DNA of 64,000 nucleotides from the NCBI GenBank assembly GCA_015233115.1, contig JADFYJ010000001.1, forward strand, positions 131,084-195,083, given 5' to 3'. Source of the DNA: Candidatus Omnitrophota bacterium. Its GTDB lineage: Bacteria; Omnitrophota; Gorgyraeia; Zapsychrales; Zapsychraceae. Of the stretch, positions 19,201-29,179 are shown in pieces. The notes under the pieces were generated by a model. The model did no database searches, was not told the DNA's origin, and saw only the letters and a program-made list of their open reading frames with translations. How positions within the stretch are numbered: position 1 is the stretch's first letter; every line of letters starts with the position of its first letter. The translations under genes and the position numbers were made by a program.

Positions 19201-20055
19201 ATGAAATGGCTAAAAATTTCATCATTAGTATTATTTTTGTCACTTGTCTTAGCGCCAAAAACGTTTGCGTATCCTGATGTGGATAGGCCAATTATTTTGG
19301 TTTATCTCAGCGGAATTGGATGTCATAATTGCGCTCAGACTGATCCAGTTATCTTTTTTGAATGGACTCAAAAATTTCCTAATATATTGATTTTTGATTA
19401 TGAAATTTTTAAACATGAACTAGATAACTTTATTCTAAAGAGGGAATATTTTAAAACGTATTCACCTGATGGAAAATCCGGAGTTCCTTTTATCATTTTG
19501 AATAATAAAATTTCGGCTATGGGACGCGTTTCTGTTTTGGAATTTGAAAGCACGCTTAAATTTGCTACGCCTAATTCTTTTCCTATGTCTAATGGAGCAA
19601 CTACGGAATTCAAAGATCTTGATCTTAATAAACTTGAGGGCAAATTTAATATTTGGTCGAAAAATCGGGTTTTGATACCAGGGCATAATGCCAGTAATGA
19701 AGATTTGAAAACGATTTTGTTAGCTGGTAATATTGAAGACGCGTTAAAAAATATTAAAAATAAAAAAGTAGACCCTATCAGCGTCGATATTTCTGGTGGT
19801 GAAGCGCAATTTACCCATGCCGTTATGGTTGGAGATTGGCGCGTACAGTGGAATGATATGGAAGGGCAGGCCGTGTCCAAAATTAAAGTATTAACCCCTA
19901 CACCGAATGTCACTAAGCCGTCCACAAATTCTAAAGTTATCGTAAAAACAAATATTCCGAAGCATAAAAGTAATGGAAATATTCGGATTATCGAGTATGT
20001 CCTGGCGGTTTTGCTAATCATCAGTGCATTATTATTTATTAAAAAGAAAAGATAG
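19201..20055 (+). CDS. exported thioredoxin-like protein with a C-terminal membrane anchor
   Basis: signal peptide; CHNC; GVP cis-Pro loop; C-terminal TM followed by KKKR. Confidence 0.65.
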   Translation: MKWLKISSLVLFLSLVLAPKTFAYPDVDRPIILVYLSGIGCHNCAQTDPVIFFEWTQKFPNILIFDYEIFKHELDNFILKREYFKTYSPDGKSGVPFIILNNKISAMGRVSVLEFESTLKFATPNSFPMSNGATTEFKDLDLNKLEGKFNIWSKNRVLIPGHNASNEDLKTILLAGNIEDALKNIKNKKVDPISVDISGGEAQFTHAVMVGDWRVQWNDMEGQAVSKIKVLTPTPNVTKPSTNSKVIVKTNIPKHKSNGNIRIIEYVLAVLLIISALLFIKKKR

Positions 20056-20144
20056 CCGACGGGTGATGGGTTTTTTATCAGTCGTTTTTGCTACATACTA
20101 CATGCCATGTACTACATGCTCAAATAATCAAAATAGGAGATAAT

Positions 20145-21887
20145 ATGTCTAAACCAGTTGTAAACGATGGTATAAAATTAGTCCGTGAAAAGGGGAGCAA
20201 AATATTCAGCGCCGGCCCGCAGATGCTGCCTAATGTTTCTTTGATGATCGCCGAAGGCGCAATCCGGTCTTTAAAAGAATTAAAACGGCCGTTTATCACA
20301 ATTATTAATTCGTATACAACGCAAATTCCTGGCCACGCGCATCTGGATCAATTAGGCAAGGCCGTGAAAGAACAATTGGAAAGCATGGGTGTGAATGTGT
20401 GGTATACCAATGTCGGTGGTGCGGTTTGCGACGGCATTGCTATGGGGCATTTTGGGATGAGATATTCGTTAGCTTCCCGAGAATTGATCGCTGATCAGAT
20501 TGAAACCATCATTGGCGCGCATCCGTGCGACGCTTGGATTGGCATTGGTAATTGCGATAAAATTGTGCCAGCCATGTACAATGCTATGGTCCGTATCAAT
20601 ATTCCCGCAATTTATGTTAGCGGCGGGCCGATGTTGGCAGGATGTGACAATACAGATCTTATTTCAGTATTTGAAGGCGTAGGAAAATTTAGCGCAAAAA
20701 AAATAAACCTTAAAGAATTGGATAAAATTGCTACTTGCGCTTGTCCAGGTTATGGAAGCTGTGCTGGAATGTTTACCGCGAATTCCATGAATTGCTTAGG
20801 TGAAGCTTTGGGTTTCGCGCTTCCGGGTAATGGAACAATTTCCGCGACCAAGCGGATTCCAGGCGCGCAGCAGCAATTCGTGGTTAATCCTGAGCGCTTA
20901 CAATTGGCGCGGGATGCCGCTAAACAATTGATCAAATTACTCAAAAATAACATTAGGCCGTTAGATATTTTGACCCGTGATTCCATTGATAATGCTTTTG
21001 TTTTGGATATGGCTATGGGCGGATCAACGAACACAGTTCTGCATATTTTGGCTCTAGCCAATGAAGCAGGTATTAAATATGATTTGAAGCGTATTGAAGA
21101 AATTGCTAAGGCCACGCCCAATGTCATTAAGATTGCTCCGTCCCGTCCGGAAGTTCATTTGGAGCTCGTTAAAAAAATTGGGGGTATGGGCGCGATTTTA
21201 AAATCAGTATATGACGGAAAAAATAAATTTTTGAATTTGAATTCAAAAACTGTGTATGGAACTTTGGGGCAATATGTCAAACGTTCGCCTAAACCTGATG
21301 GTGATATTCTGCGTACCACAAAAAATCCTTTTTCTCCTGAAGGAGGTTTAGCTGTGTTATTTGGAAATATTGCCACGAAAGGCGCGATTGTCAAAACCAG
21401 CGGGGTTGAAGCGGATATGATGACGTTTTCCGGCCCGGCCAGGGTTTATGAATCGCAGGATTCGGCGTTAAAATGTATTCTAAAAGGTGAAGTAAAAAAT
21501 GGTGATGTGGTCGTCATTCGCTATGAAGGGCCTAAAGGCGGACCGGGAATGGTCGAGATGCTGTCACCCACTGCCGCGATCAAAGGGGCAGGCATACGCG
21601 CGGCTTTGATTACAGACGGCCGTTTTTCCGGCGGGACAAGAGGATTGTGTATCGGCCACGTAGCGCCTGAAGCAGCGGCGGGCGGAGAGATTGCGGTTAT
21701 AAAAGATGGCGATATCATTGACATTGATGTCAAAAAAAATAAAATGGACGTCCGTTTAAGCAAAGCTGAAATCACGAGACGAAAACAAGCGCTAAAACCA
21801 TTTGAACTCAAAGTTAAAGGCGGCTGGCTGGCCCGTTACGCGTCATTAGTCACCAGCGCGGATACTGGGGCGGTTTTAAAGATGTAA
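20145..21887 (+). CDS. ilvD: dihydroxy-acid dehydratase
   Basis: [48 protein letters not shown]; RBS before ATG 20145. Confidence 0.96.
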   Translation: MSKPVVNDGIKLVREKGSKIFSAGPQMLPNVSLMIAEGAIRSLKELKRPFITIINSYTTQIPGHAHLDQLGKAVKEQLESMGVNVWYTNVGGAVCDGIAMGHFGMRYSLASRELIADQIETIIGAHPCDAWIGIGNCDKIVPAMYNAMVRINIPAIYVSGGPMLAGCDNTDLISVFEGVGKFSAKKINLKELDKIATCACPGYGSCAGMFTANSMNCLGEALGFALPGNGTISATKRIPGAQQQFVVNPERLQLARDAAKQLIKLLKNNIRPLDILTRDSIDNAFVLDMAMGGSTNTVLHILALANEAGIKYDLKRIEEIAKATPNVIKIAPSRPEVHLELVKKIGGMGAILKSVYDGKNKFLNLNSKTVYGTLGQYVKRSPKPDGDILRTTKNPFSPEGGLAVLFGNIATKGAIVKTSGVEADMMTFSGPARVYESQDSALKCILKGEVKNGDVVVIRYEGPKGGPGMVEMLSPTAAIKGAGIRAALITDGRFSGGTRGLCIGHVAPEAAAGGEIAVIKDGDIIDIDVKKNKMDVRLSKAEITRRKQALKPFELKVKGGWLARYASLVTSADTGAVLKM

Positions 21888-21952
21888 TGTATAGAGTAAA
21901 GTACGCAGACAATCGACGCTGTTGGTCGTTCGCGGACATTGCGTCCTTGGTC

Positions 21953-22152
21953 GTAGGGGCGATCTCCTGATCGCCCGTTGCAAAATTATCGCTTTTTTTA
22001 TTTTAAAAAATTATTTTCTTTGAAGAAATTATAAAAGATGTTTAAAATCGATTGATGGCCGTTTTTTTTAAATATTTTTGGAAATGGCCCTATTGTTGGC
22101 TATTAATTTTGTAAATATTTATTGATGCGGGCGATCAGGAGACCGCCCCTAC
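21953..22152. repeat. inverted pair of GTAG-family REP-like palindromes (REPIN-like)
   Basis: GTAGGGGCGATCTCCTGATCGCCCG (21953-21977); reverse-complement copy at 22128-22152, 24/25 identical. Confidence 0.85.
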
Positions 22153-22180
22153 TACAAATAAAAAGAATGATAAATAAATA

Positions 22181-24304
22181 ATGTATAATAAAAAAATTGC
22201 TCAAGAATTAAAAATATTGCCTCTACAGGTTGAGGCAGTGATTACTTTGCTGGATGGCGGGTCAACTGTTCCTTTTATTTCGCGTTACCGTAAAGAAGTG
22301 ACTGGTAATTTGGATGAAACTGTGATCACGGCAATCCGCGACCGCGTTGAAGTGTTACGCGAATTGGATAAACGCCGTTTGGCTGTTTTGGAGTCCATTG
22401 AGAAACAAGGCAAGTTGACAGACGAACTGAAAGCCAAAATCATAGCGGCAGAGACTATGACTGTGCTTGAAGATTTATATCTTCCTTATAAACCGAAACG
22501 CCGCACTAAAGCAACTATTGCTAAGGAAAAAGGTTTGGAACCGCTGGCGCAAATTATTTTTGATCAGACTGGTGTTGATCCTAAAAAAGAAGCGCAAAAA
22601 TATATTAACGCGGAAAAAGAAGTCAATTCCATCGAAGAAGCGTTAGACGGCGCCCGCCATATCATGGCTGAGTGGATTAATGAAAATGAGGAAGCCCGCA
22701 AGCAATTGCGTAAATTATATCAGGATACTGGCACGCTAACTTCTAAAGTCATTAAAGGTAAAGAAGCAGAGGGCATTAATTATAAAGATTATTTTGACAT
22801 GCAGGAATTGGCGAAGACTTCACCGTCGCACCGCATTTTAGCTATTCGCCGGGGAGAAAGTGAGAAATTTTTGACTTCGCGCATAACTGTTGATGAGCAG
22901 GAAGCGCTAAAAATTTTGCAGAAATTATTTGTTAAAGGCAAAGGCGAAGACGCGTATCAGGTTATGATGTCTGCGGAAGACAGTTTTACCCGTTTACTGT
23001 CCTTGTCCATGGAATCCGAATATCGTATGGAATTGAAAAAACGCGCTGATTTACAAGCTATTGAAATATTTAATAGCAATTTGCGCCAATTGCTCATGGC
23101 CTCACCTATGGGGCAAAAACGCGTCATGGGTATTGATCCGGGTTTACGGACTGGATGTAAAATTGTTTGTATGGATGAACAGGGCAAACTGCTGGTGAAT
23201 GATGTGGTATATTTGGTTAAGTCTGAACATGAATTGGAACAGGCGGCCATTACGGTCGTCACGTTATGTAAAAAATATAAGATTGAAGTCATTGCCATAG
23301 GAAACGGGACAGCGAGCCGGGAAACTGAGGCGTTTGTTAAACGTCTGCCTTTTCCAACTTCGATTCCCATCGTGATTGTCAGCGAAAGCGGCGCGTCGAT
23401 TTATTCTGCTTCCGAAGTGGCGCGTGAAGAATTTCCTGATTATGATCTTACCGTGCGAGGTGCTGTTTCAATCGGTCGACGTTTGATGGATCCTTTGGCG
23501 GAATTGGTCAAAATTGATCCTAAATCCATTGGTGTGGGCCAATATCAGCATGATGTGGATCAAAAATTATTAAGACAGAATCTGGATGATGTGGTTATCA
23601 GTAGTGTGAATCAGGTTGGTGTAGAACTTAATACTGCCAGTAAGCAATTATTGACTTATGTGTCGGGTTTAGGACCGTCGCGCGCGCAAGCGATCATTGA
23701 TCAACGCAATAAAACCGGGCGCTTTAATTCTAGACTGGAATTAAGCAAAGTCCCGGGATTGACAGCCAAAGCTTTTGAACAAGCTGTTGGATTCTTGCGC
23801 ATTCACGATGCTGAAAATCCACTGGATTCCAGCTCAGTGCATCCGGAAGCGTATCCGATCGTTGAAAAAATGGCTAAAGATCTCAATTGCACAGTTAAAG
23901 ATTTAGTTGCTAACGCGGATTTGCGAAAAAAAATCGACTTACAAAAATATGTGACTGATACGATCGGCATGCCGACTTTGATAGATATTAAAGCTGAGCT
24001 CGAAAAACCAGGTCGAGATCCGCGCGAACCTTTTGAGCTGTTTTCCTTCAAAGACGGGGTGGAAACCATTGATGATTTGAAGCAAGACATGGAATTACCC
24101 GGCGTCATCACCAACATTACGGCTTTTGGAGCTTTTGTGGATATTGGGGTTCATCACGACGGATTAGTTCACATCAGTGAAATGGCAGACCGTTACGTGA
24201 AAGACCCGCATCAAGTCGTCCATGTGCATCAAAAAGTAACTGTACGGGTAGTCAGCATCGATATGGACCGCAAACGTATCGCATTAAGCATGAAGAAAAA
24301 GTGA
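22181..24304 (+). CDS. tex: Tex family RNA-binding transcriptional accessory protein
   Basis: TVPFISRYRKEVTG, GIDPGLRTGCK, DPKSIGVGQYQHD, C-terminal S1 domain. Confidence 0.95.
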   Translation: MYNKKIAQELKILPLQVEAVITLLDGGSTVPFISRYRKEVTGNLDETVITAIRDRVEVLRELDKRRLAVLESIEKQGKLTDELKAKIIAAETMTVLEDLYLPYKPKRRTKATIAKEKGLEPLAQIIFDQTGVDPKKEAQKYINAEKEVNSIEEALDGARHIMAEWINENEEARKQLRKLYQDTGTLTSKVIKGKEAEGINYKDYFDMQELAKTSPSHRILAIRRGESEKFLTSRITVDEQEALKILQKLFVKGKGEDAYQVMMSAEDSFTRLLSLSMESEYRMELKKRADLQAIEIFNSNLRQLLMASPMGQKRVMGIDPGLRTGCKIVCMDEQGKLLVNDVVYLVKSEHELEQAAITVVTLCKKYKIEVIAIGNGTASRETEAFVKRLPFPTSIPIVIVSESGASIYSASEVAREEFPDYDLTVRGAVSIGRRLMDPLAELVKIDPKSIGVGQYQHDVDQKLLRQNLDDVVISSVNQVGVELNTASKQLLTYVSGLGPSRAQAIIDQRNKTGRFNSRLELSKVPGLTAKAFEQAVGFLRIHDAENPLDSSSVHPEAYPIVEKMAKDLNCTVKDLVANADLRKKIDLQKYVTDTIGMPTLIDIKAELEKPGRDPREPFELFSFKDGVETIDDLKQDMELPGVITNITAFGAFVDIGVHHDGLVHISEMADRYVKDPHQVVHVHQKVTVRVVSIDMDRKRIALSMKKK

Positions 24305-24448
24305 CTAACATTATAAGTCTGAAGGTCAGAAGTAATACGTCAGAAGAAAAAAAAGATATATTTTAAAAATTAAGATCTTATTTATTGCTTTGTGTGTTTC
24401 CACCTGTCAAAATTATCATGATGGTTCAGCGTTTATAAATGAATCACA

Positions 24449-24475
24449 TGTCATTCCCGCGAAAGCGGGAATCCA
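24449..24475. repeat. short palindromic REP-like repeat (dRS3/RPE-like)
   Basis: TGTCATTCCCGCGAAAGCGGGAATCCA. Confidence 0.75.
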
Positions 24476-24534
24476 TGACTTTTGGGTTATTTACTTTACT
24501 TTAACTTTTAACCTTTACCTTTTTACTTTTACAT

Positions 24535-26205
24535 ATGTCATACATCGTTTTTGCCAGAAAATACCGTCCGCAAACTTTTAAAGAAGTTATCGGACAAGAT
24601 CATATCACTGAGATTATGGAAAAGGCGATTGCCGCGAATAAAGTCGCTCACGCGTATTTATTTACCGGACCCCGTGGCGTCGGAAAAACCTCTTGCGCCC
24701 GTATCTTAGCCAAATCTTTAAACTGTGAAAAAGGCCCGACCATTACGCCATGCGGCCAATGCACATCGTGTATTGAAATTACTAAAGGTTCCAGTTTTGA
24801 TGTATTGGAAATTGACGGCGCGTCCAACCGCGGCATTGATGAGATCCGTAATTTAAGGGAAAATGTTAAATATGCTTCAGGTTATGCCCGGTATAAGATT
24901 TACATTATAGATGAAGTTCATATGCTGACGTCCGAAGCGTTTAATGCTTTGCTGAAAACCTTGGAAGAGCCGCCTGAGCATGTCAAATTTATTTTTGCTA
25001 CGACTGAACCGAATAAAGTTCCTTCAACGATCCTTTCCCGCTGTCAACGTTTTGATTTTAAACGGATTCTCCTGAAGACTATCGTTGAGATCCTGGAAGA
25101 TATTTGCAAATCCGAACATTTAGGTATTGATCAGGATGCTTTGTACGCTATTGCCAAAGCCGCGCAAGGAGGTTTGCGTGATGCTTTGACTGTTTTGGAT
25201 CAGGTAAGCGCGTTATCAGATAAACAGATCAATGCTCATGATGTGACATCCATGCTGGGATTGGTTGAAACCGAATTACTATTTAGTATCACAGATGCTT
25301 TGGCAAAAAATGATTGCTCCACAGCGTTAGAAATTCTTGATCAGATTATTGATAAGGGAAAAGATATCCGTCAGATGAGTAAAGATTTGATTGAACATTT
25401 CCGGCATTTAATGATTTTAAGAATTGGAGAGACAGCTTTAGGCAAAATGATTGATTATCCGGCTAATATTAAAACTCTACTTTTGGAACAGTCAAAAAAG
25501 TTTTCTTTAAAACAGATTATTAATGCTATTGATCTTTTTATTCAGGCCAATGATATGGCGCGGGTCACAGAATCGTTCCGTTTGCCTTTAGAAGTCGCGT
25601 TTGCCAAATTGACGTATCAACCAGCCAAAGATATGGCAGGTGCTCCTGCTGCTGCAACTCTCCTCAAAGAGATGCCGATTAAAAAAGACGTTGAGCAGGT
25701 AAAATCAGCCGTACAGCCGCCAGAAAAAAAATCTCCTATTAAAATATTGTCTAATAATCGCGGACAAATTGATATTGGGCCGGCTATTGAAAATAACGAT
25801 GAGCCGTCCGAAATTGTTCAGCCTGAAGTTAAAATTGAGGTAGTACCTGTGTCCGGCGTTTTATCATTAAAATTGATTAAGCAAAAATGGGGTGAAGTCA
25901 CTCATACTGTCAGCAAAAAAAAGATGTCTGTCGCTACTTTTTTACAGGATGGAGTGCCGCTTTCATTGACGGAAAATATCCTTTTGGTGGGATTTCCAAA
26001 AGATTGCATATTTAATAAAGAATCTTTGGAACATCAAGATAATTTAAAGATTGTCGAAGCCATTTTAAATGAACTTTTCGGAGAATCTATCCGGATAAAA
26101 TATCAATTAGTCGATGAAGTTTTGCCAAAAGAAGAAGATAGCTCGGTGCAAGACGTAGTTGATGCTTTCGGCGGAGAAGTCGTTGGCCGCTGGCATGAAG
26201 AGTAA
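24535..26205 (+). CDS. dnaX: DNA polymerase III subunit gamma/tau
   Basis: ARKYRPQTF, GPRGVGKT, Zn-binding Cys, DEVHML, SRC. Confidence 0.97.
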   Translation: MSYIVFARKYRPQTFKEVIGQDHITEIMEKAIAANKVAHAYLFTGPRGVGKTSCARILAKSLNCEKGPTITPCGQCTSCIEITKGSSFDVLEIDGASNRGIDEIRNLRENVKYASGYARYKIYIIDEVHMLTSEAFNALLKTLEEPPEHVKFIFATTEPNKVPSTILSRCQRFDFKRILLKTIVEILEDICKSEHLGIDQDALYAIAKAAQGGLRDALTVLDQVSALSDKQINAHDVTSMLGLVETELLFSITDALAKNDCSTALEILDQIIDKGKDIRQMSKDLIEHFRHLMILRIGETALGKMIDYPANIKTLLLEQSKKFSLKQIINAIDLFIQANDMARVTESFRLPLEVAFAKLTYQPAKDMAGAPAAATLLKEMPIKKDVEQVKSAVQPPEKKSPIKILSNNRGQIDIGPAIENNDEPSEIVQPEVKIEVVPVSGVLSLKLIKQKWGEVTHTVSKKKMSVATFLQDGVPLSLTENILLVGFPKDCIFNKESLEHQDNLKIVEAILNELFGESIRIKYQLVDEVLPKEEDSSVQDVVDAFGGEVVGRWHEE

Positions 26206-26210
26206 AAATT

Positions 26211-26813
26211 ATGTATCCTAAATTAATTGAAAATTTAATTGAGAATTTTTCCAAACTGCCGGGTGTTGGGAGGCGGAGCGCGGAACGTATGGTTTTTTGG
26301 CTTTTAAATCATCCCAAAGAACACGCAGATGCTTTAGCCAAAAGTATTTCTGACCTCAAAGAAGGCCTCATGTTTTGCCGCATATGCCATAATTTAAGTG
26401 ATACAGAAATTTGCATGGTTTGCAGTGATCCGCACCGAGATCAAGCTGTGGTGTGTGTGGTCGAGAATCCAAAAGATTTATTAGCCATTGAACGCACTGG
26501 CTCCTATCGCGGCCTATATCATGTTTTATTAGGCAATATTTCCCCCGCCGAAGGCAAGGGCCCGGATGATATTCAAATTAGCTCGTTGATGCACCGAATT
26601 GCCACAGGCGAAATTAAAGAAGTTGTCTTAGCCACAGATCCGGATAATGAAGGCGAGATGACCGCGTTGTATATGATTAAAGAATTGAGAGAATTCGCCA
26701 ATGTGAAAATTTCCCGTATAGGAATAGGTTTGCCCATGGGCAGTTCCTTGGAATTTGCAGACATGTCTACATTAGGCGTTTCTCTAAGCGCGCGCCGGGA
26801 GATTAAAGTATAA
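26211..26813 (+). CDS. recR: recombination mediator RecR
   Basis: LPGVGRRSAER HhH; C4 Zn finger; TOPRIM with EGEMTA. Confidence 0.97.
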   Translation: MYPKLIENLIENFSKLPGVGRRSAERMVFWLLNHPKEHADALAKSISDLKEGLMFCRICHNLSDTEICMVCSDPHRDQAVVCVVENPKDLLAIERTGSYRGLYHVLLGNISPAEGKGPDDIQISSLMHRIATGEIKEVVLATDPDNEGEMTALYMIKELREFANVKISRIGIGLPMGSSLEFADMSTLGVSLSARREIKV

Positions 26814-26818
26814 CCGTG

Positions 26819-26846
26819 TTGACTTTTTATTTTTATTGTGTATAAT
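26819..26846 (+). promoter_or_regulatory. sigma70 promoter for tRNA-Asn
   Basis: TTGACT, 16 bp, TATAAT. Confidence 0.6.
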
Positions 26847-26881
26847 TCTAACAATTCTGTTCTTTAAATGACTATTTTTAT

Positions 26882-26954
26882 TCCCCTGTAGCTCAGTTGG
26901 TAGAGCGAGTGGCTGTTAACCACTATGTCCGAGGTTCGAGCCCTCGCGGGGGAG
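26882..26954 (+). tRNA. tRNA-Asn(GTT)
   Basis: acceptor TCCCCTG/CGGGGGA; anticodon arm AGTGG-CTGTTAA-CCACT; GTTCGAG. Confidence 0.97.
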
Positions 26955-26963
26955 TTTATTGCT

Positions 26964-27002
26964 GAAACCCGTTGTGAGTATTATACTTGCAACGGGTTTT
27001 TT
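26964..27002 (+). terminator. intrinsic terminator after tRNA-Asn
   Basis: AAACCCGTTGTGAGTA-TTA-TACTTGCAACGGGTTT followed by a T run. Confidence 0.8.
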
Positions 27003-27032
27003 CTTTGTTTTTACTTTGTTTTTAATAATTTC

Positions 27033-27075
27033 TTGCAATATTTTCAAAATGTCATATAATTGTATATACAATTAT
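27033..27075 (+). promoter_or_regulatory. TA operon promoter with a perfect 20-bp palindromic operator
   Basis: TTGCAA, 16 bp, TATAAT; palindrome ATAATTGTATATACAATTAT (27056-27075) overlaps the -10 element. Confidence 0.7.
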
Positions 27076-27089
27076 GAGGAGAGATTTTA

Positions 27090-27359
27090 ATGAAAGAAAT
27101 TCGTTGGAATATGTTGAAGAGTGAGAGGCTGAAGCAAACGCGCGGAATTTCTTTTGAGGAGATTATAACTTCAAAATTGATTGATATTCGTAAACACCCC
27201 AATAGGGCAGATCAAAAAATTTTTGTTTATGAATATAAAGGATACTTGTGGGCAGTGCCTTATGTTATTGAAGAAGGTGGAATATTTTTAAAAACAATAT
27301 ATCCAAGCCGAAAATTAATGAGATTTTATAAAAAGGAGAAACATTATGAGAAAGATTAA
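27090..27359 (+). CDS. BrnT-like type II toxin
   Basis: W...KSERLKQTRGISFEEI...HPNR...FLKTIYPSRK. Confidence 0.8.
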   Translation: MKEIRWNMLKSERLKQTRGISFEEIITSKLIDIRKHPNRADQKIFVYEYKGYLWAVPYVIEEGGIFLKTIYPSRKLMRFYKKEKHYEKD

Positions 27360-27591
27360 GCTGACTCGTTATGAACAAACGATTGAAGATAATATCGAGC
27401 AATATGTTCCAGTTGATAAAAAAGAATATGAAGAAATTGTTCAAGCGCTTGCAGCGCGTAAAAAAGACGCTGTTTTAAATATCCGAGTAAATCGTTTTGA
27501 TCTTGATAATATTAAAAAGAAATCAAAGAAGATGGGTGTAAAATATCAAACGTTTATTTCGGAAATCCTGCATAAAGTCGCTCAAGCGTAA
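27346..27591 (+). CDS. BrnA/CopG-like antitoxin (C-terminal RHH)
   Basis: KKDAVLNIRV...MGVKYQTFISEILHK; overlaps the toxin gene. Confidence 0.8.
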   Translation: MRKIKLTRYEQTIEDNIEQYVPVDKKEYEEIVQALAARKKDAVLNIRVNRFDLDNIKKKSKKMGVKYQTFISEILHKVAQA

Positions 27592-27610
27592 AGGATTCTT
27601 CAGTAGATAG

Positions 27611-27640
27611 CCAGTTGCAAAACTCGTCCACTAAGGGGAG
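27611..27640 (+). repeat. cassette-boundary direct repeat, copy 1, followed by a terminator (27651-27682)
   Basis: CCAGTTGCAAAACTCGTCCA-N5-GGGAG; 19/20 identical to 28894-28913. Confidence 0.7.
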
Positions 27641-27708
27641 TTTTTTTCGAAAAGCCCGTTCATTAATTTGAACGGGCTTTTTTATTTTGAAAAAAACTCC
27701 ACCGCGAG

Positions 27709-27792
27709 GGGAACCCGAGGGGGGTCACAGTCTTGACAAATAAGTCAAGACGGCTTTGTGACGCCGCCGAGTCGGTGAGGCGGCCGAGTTCC
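27709..27792. other. GC-rich multi-stem structured element of unknown class
   Basis: GGAACCCG...CGAGTTCC closing stem; GTCACA-GTCTTGAC/GTCAAGAC-TGTGAC and GCCGCC/GGCGGC hairpins. Confidence 0.45.
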
Positions 27793-27818
27793 ATAGTGTT
27801 CTTTTAGATTTATTTTTT

Positions 27819-28670
27819 TTATTCAGTTTTTGTGCTTCGAAGTTGTTTCTTTTTATTCTGGCTTTCGATTTTTTTAATGCTTTTGACAGCAGGAAGGTCT
27901 TCAGGCATGGTACCGCCTAGTTCTCGGATCGTTTGTCTTACTTTTTTCCCAACTTCAAGATGCGCTTGATTGGCTTTGTCTTTGCCTTTTATATTTTCAC
28001 GGCGGAGTTTGTCTTCTGTTTGAGTGGCGCGGAAAAGATTGGCGGCTAGTTCCGTGCTACCCATGTGATCCAGGATTTTCTGGCTTGGTTTGAGTCCTTT
28101 GCGTTGATGTATATCAGTTTGTCCAAGTCCGCCGTAAAGTCCGTGATAGCCATGATCTTGAAAAATGGCGTAGTCCAACGGTTTGATAACTCCGGCTTCA
28201 CGGGCGGCTGAGGCCAGATGCTTGTTATGCGTTTTCATTTCTCCACGCAAGAAAACGCGTTTTTTTTCTTCGCTTTTTAATTTATCGAACGAGTCTGCTA
28301 ATTCCTGACGGCGGGTTTGTGCGGCAAAATAGGTTTGTCCTAAAGCTACGATTTCTTTTAATGGATCCGCATTCTGGACGATTAGATAACATGCATAACG
28401 GGAAAGCGATACCGTATCAACGGGACGTTTTGCGCCTGATCCGATAGAGACCATATCGAGGATGTCCTCGAAATGGTCTTCGACGGAGTAGCCGCTGTTA
28501 CGGCAGGCCGTTTTGGCTTTAGCAATAACTGGAATAAAATGCCGGTATTCCGAATATCCCAAAATATTTGAGATGTCCCGGGCAGACCAGTATTCTTGAC
28601 CATTTTTGTTTAAACGTTTAATGCTTTCAAAGACTGATTTATGCTCAGGAGGATTGGTTAGTTTAGTCAT
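27819..28670 (-). CDS. dinD: DNA damage-inducible protein D (Bro-N domain)
   Basis: EYWSARD, LSRYACYLIVQNADP, QTYFAAQTRRQE, ILDHMGSTELAANLFRATQT. Confidence 0.92.
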   Translation of the reverse strand: MTKLTNPPEHKSVFESIKRLNKNGQEYWSARDISNILGYSEYRHFIPVIAKAKTACRNSGYSVEDHFEDILDMVSIGSGAKRPVDTVSLSRYACYLIVQNADPLKEIVALGQTYFAAQTRRQELADSFDKLKSEEKKRVFLRGEMKTHNKHLASAAREAGVIKPLDYAIFQDHGYHGLYGGLGQTDIHQRKGLKPSQKILDHMGSTELAANLFRATQTEDKLRRENIKGKDKANQAHLEVGKKVRQTIRELGGTMPEDLPAVKSIKKIESQNKKKQLRSTKTE

Positions 28671-28893
28671 AATCAGGCGCTTTCTTTATTTAACGAATTT
28701 ACAGATTTTAAAGGAGGGTGACAATTTGCCTCCACCCTTTGGAAATTTTTTTGAAATTGTATAACGTATTAATTTTTAGTCTATCGCAAACCTTAATGTT
28801 TTTCAAGATAAGATGGCTAGTCGTCATTCGAAAATAAAAAAATCACAAAATATGAATTAACGGGTAGAAATTTATTTTTTCGAAAGTCATTAA

Positions 28894-28970
28894 CCAGTTG
28901 CAAAACCCGTCCATCATTGGGAGCTTTTATACTAAGCCGCCGTAAGTTAAATACTTGCAGCGGCTTTTTT
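28894..28970 (+). repeat. cassette-boundary direct repeat, copy 2, plus a terminator homologous to the post-tRNA-Asn terminator
   Basis: CCAGTTGCAAAACCCGTCCA-N5-GGGAG, then AAGCCGCCGTAAGT...ACTTGCAGCGGCTTTTT. Confidence 0.7.
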
Positions 28971-28984
28971 GTGTTTAAAAATTT

Positions 28985-29179
28985 TTCTTGCAATATTTAT
29001 TGATTGAAGACAATATTGATCAATATGTTCCAGTTGATAAAAAAGAATATGAAGAAATTGTCCAAGCGATTGCAGCGCATAAAAAAGACGCTGTTTTAAA
29101 TATCCGAGTAAATCGTTTTGACCTTGATAATATTATAAAGAAATCAAAGAAAATGGGCGTCAAATATCAAACGTTTATT
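28985..29179 (+). pseudogene. truncated duplicate of the BrnA-like antitoxin (toxin deleted), in frame with dinG
   Basis: 29002-29179 is roughly 90% identical to 27381-27558; the preceding TTCTTGCAATATTT matches 27030-27043. Confidence 0.8.

Noticed and set aside
25490-25925. Slippery A-runs in dnaX (A_AAA_AAG near 25494 and 25917; A8 near 25724) as gamma/tau frameshift sites
   Set aside because: A-runs are common in this AT-rich sequence, and I saw no clear stimulatory hairpin, internal SD or immediate -1 stop
28705-28752. Minus-strand peptide SKGWRQIVTLL resembling a Bro-N family fragment upstream of dinD
   Set aside because: Too short to support without a database search; it could equally be a simple hairpin
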